A DNA stretch of 64,000 nucleotides from a virus: the IMG/VR virus record IMGVR_UViG_3300047509_000156, positions 32,001-96,000 of that record. The stretch is one strand, 5' to 3'. Both the position numbers and the translations under genes were made by a program. A model generated the notes under the pieces. The model saw only the letters and a program-made list of their open reading frames with translations, ran no database searches and was not told the DNA's origin. Below are positions 63,445 to 64,000 of the stretch, one piece after another (the first letter of the stretch is position 1; every line of letters starts with the position of its first letter).

Positions 63445-63480
63445 TAAGTTGTTCGCCTCAAACAGCCAAGGGAGAGAAAC

Positions 63481-64000
63481 ATGACGACTGCACAAGAGAT
63501 TGAAACACTGGCCGCGCAGATGGGGTTGAGCCTAAAGACGGAATTCGTGCCCTTCTCGCGGTCCCGTAACAAGGGCGAGAAATCGCCTTCGCTCAACTGG
63601 AAGGTGACGCTATGGAAGGGACTGGCTGGGCCGGCTGTCCCGTTGCCTTCAATCGAAGCGCACGCCATCTTGACGACCGACTACAGCGCCGGTTGCGCCC
63701 ACTGTCCGAGTTACGAGCAGGGAAATAATAACGCCCCTCGCGCCGTGGCGGTCGATGCCGAGTGCGAGACCGGGTACGCTCATAGCATCATGGGCATGAA
63801 TACAAGGAAAACCGGCAAGCGGATTGCGCCGTCCTTCGCGGACGTGCTGTATTCGCTGGTGATGGATGCGGGCGTGATCGACTACGGCAACTTTGAGGAG
63901 TGGGCCAGCGCTTTCGGCTGCGACATCGACAGTCGCACAGCGGAGCATACTTACCGCTCCTGCCTGGAAATCGCGCTCAAACTGCGAAACGGCATCGGTG
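63481..64000 (+). CDS. Phage hypothetical protein (3' truncated by window)
   Basis: FVPFSRSRN, DVLYSLVMDA, FEEWASAFG..DSR. Confidence 0.65.
   Translation, partial: MTTAQEIETLAAQMGLSLKTEFVPFSRSRNKGEKSPSLNWKVTLWKGLAGPAVPLPSIEAHAILTTDYSAGCAHCPSYEQGNNNAPRAVAVDAECETGYAHSIMGMNTRKTGKRIAPSFADVLYSLVMDAGVIDYGNFEEWASAFGCDIDSRTAEHTYRSCLEIALKLRNGIG

Noticed and set aside
1-64000. Stop-codon reassignment
   Set aside because: Capsid, helicase, tape measure and other long genes are intact under the standard code; only one isolated in-frame TGA was seen
1-64000. tRNA, tmRNA, rRNA, cas genes, integrase, terminase, portal, reverse transcriptase or DGR
   Set aside because: No diagnostic motifs recognised by eye; a computational scan could still find divergent ones

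Overview
This 64-kb window is a GC-rich tailed (siphovirus-like) phage or prophage segment. The host is most likely a Gemmataceae-type Planctomycete, inferred from TIGR02996-like proteins, an APAPFP secretion leader and planctomycete-type c-cytochromes. Minus strand, 1-44 kb: tail genes (tape measure, -1 frameshifted chaperone, tube, terminator), head-tail connector, decoration, major capsid and scaffold genes, interleaved with many small genes. This part also has a sigma factor, CsrA, MT-A70 and Dam-like methyltransferases, RusA, an SF2 helicase, ParB-like proteins and a Sak/Rad52 annealase. Plus strand, 44-52 kb: a secreted/membrane module with two CxxCH proteins. 52-64 kb: small early-type genes and GroES. 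Mobile cargo comprises two tnpB-only IS200/IS605 elements and four homing endonucleases. No terminase, portal, integrase, tRNA or cas genes were recognised. The main unannotated signals are: (1) seven dispersed CRISPR-repeat-like units of three families, all ending GGATTGAAAC, including a one-spacer mini-array enclosed in a 14-bp stem (candidate multi-type RNA anti-CRISPR or Cas-processed mRNA system); (2) 13 copies of a GTCACA-N15-CGTATA promoter-like motif, one in front of the phage sigma gene; (3) a ~500-nt highly structured intergenic RNA candidate and a duplicated switch-like leader; (4) five TIGR02996-like proteins lacking LRRs. All protein calls come from motif recognition by eye; no database searches were run.
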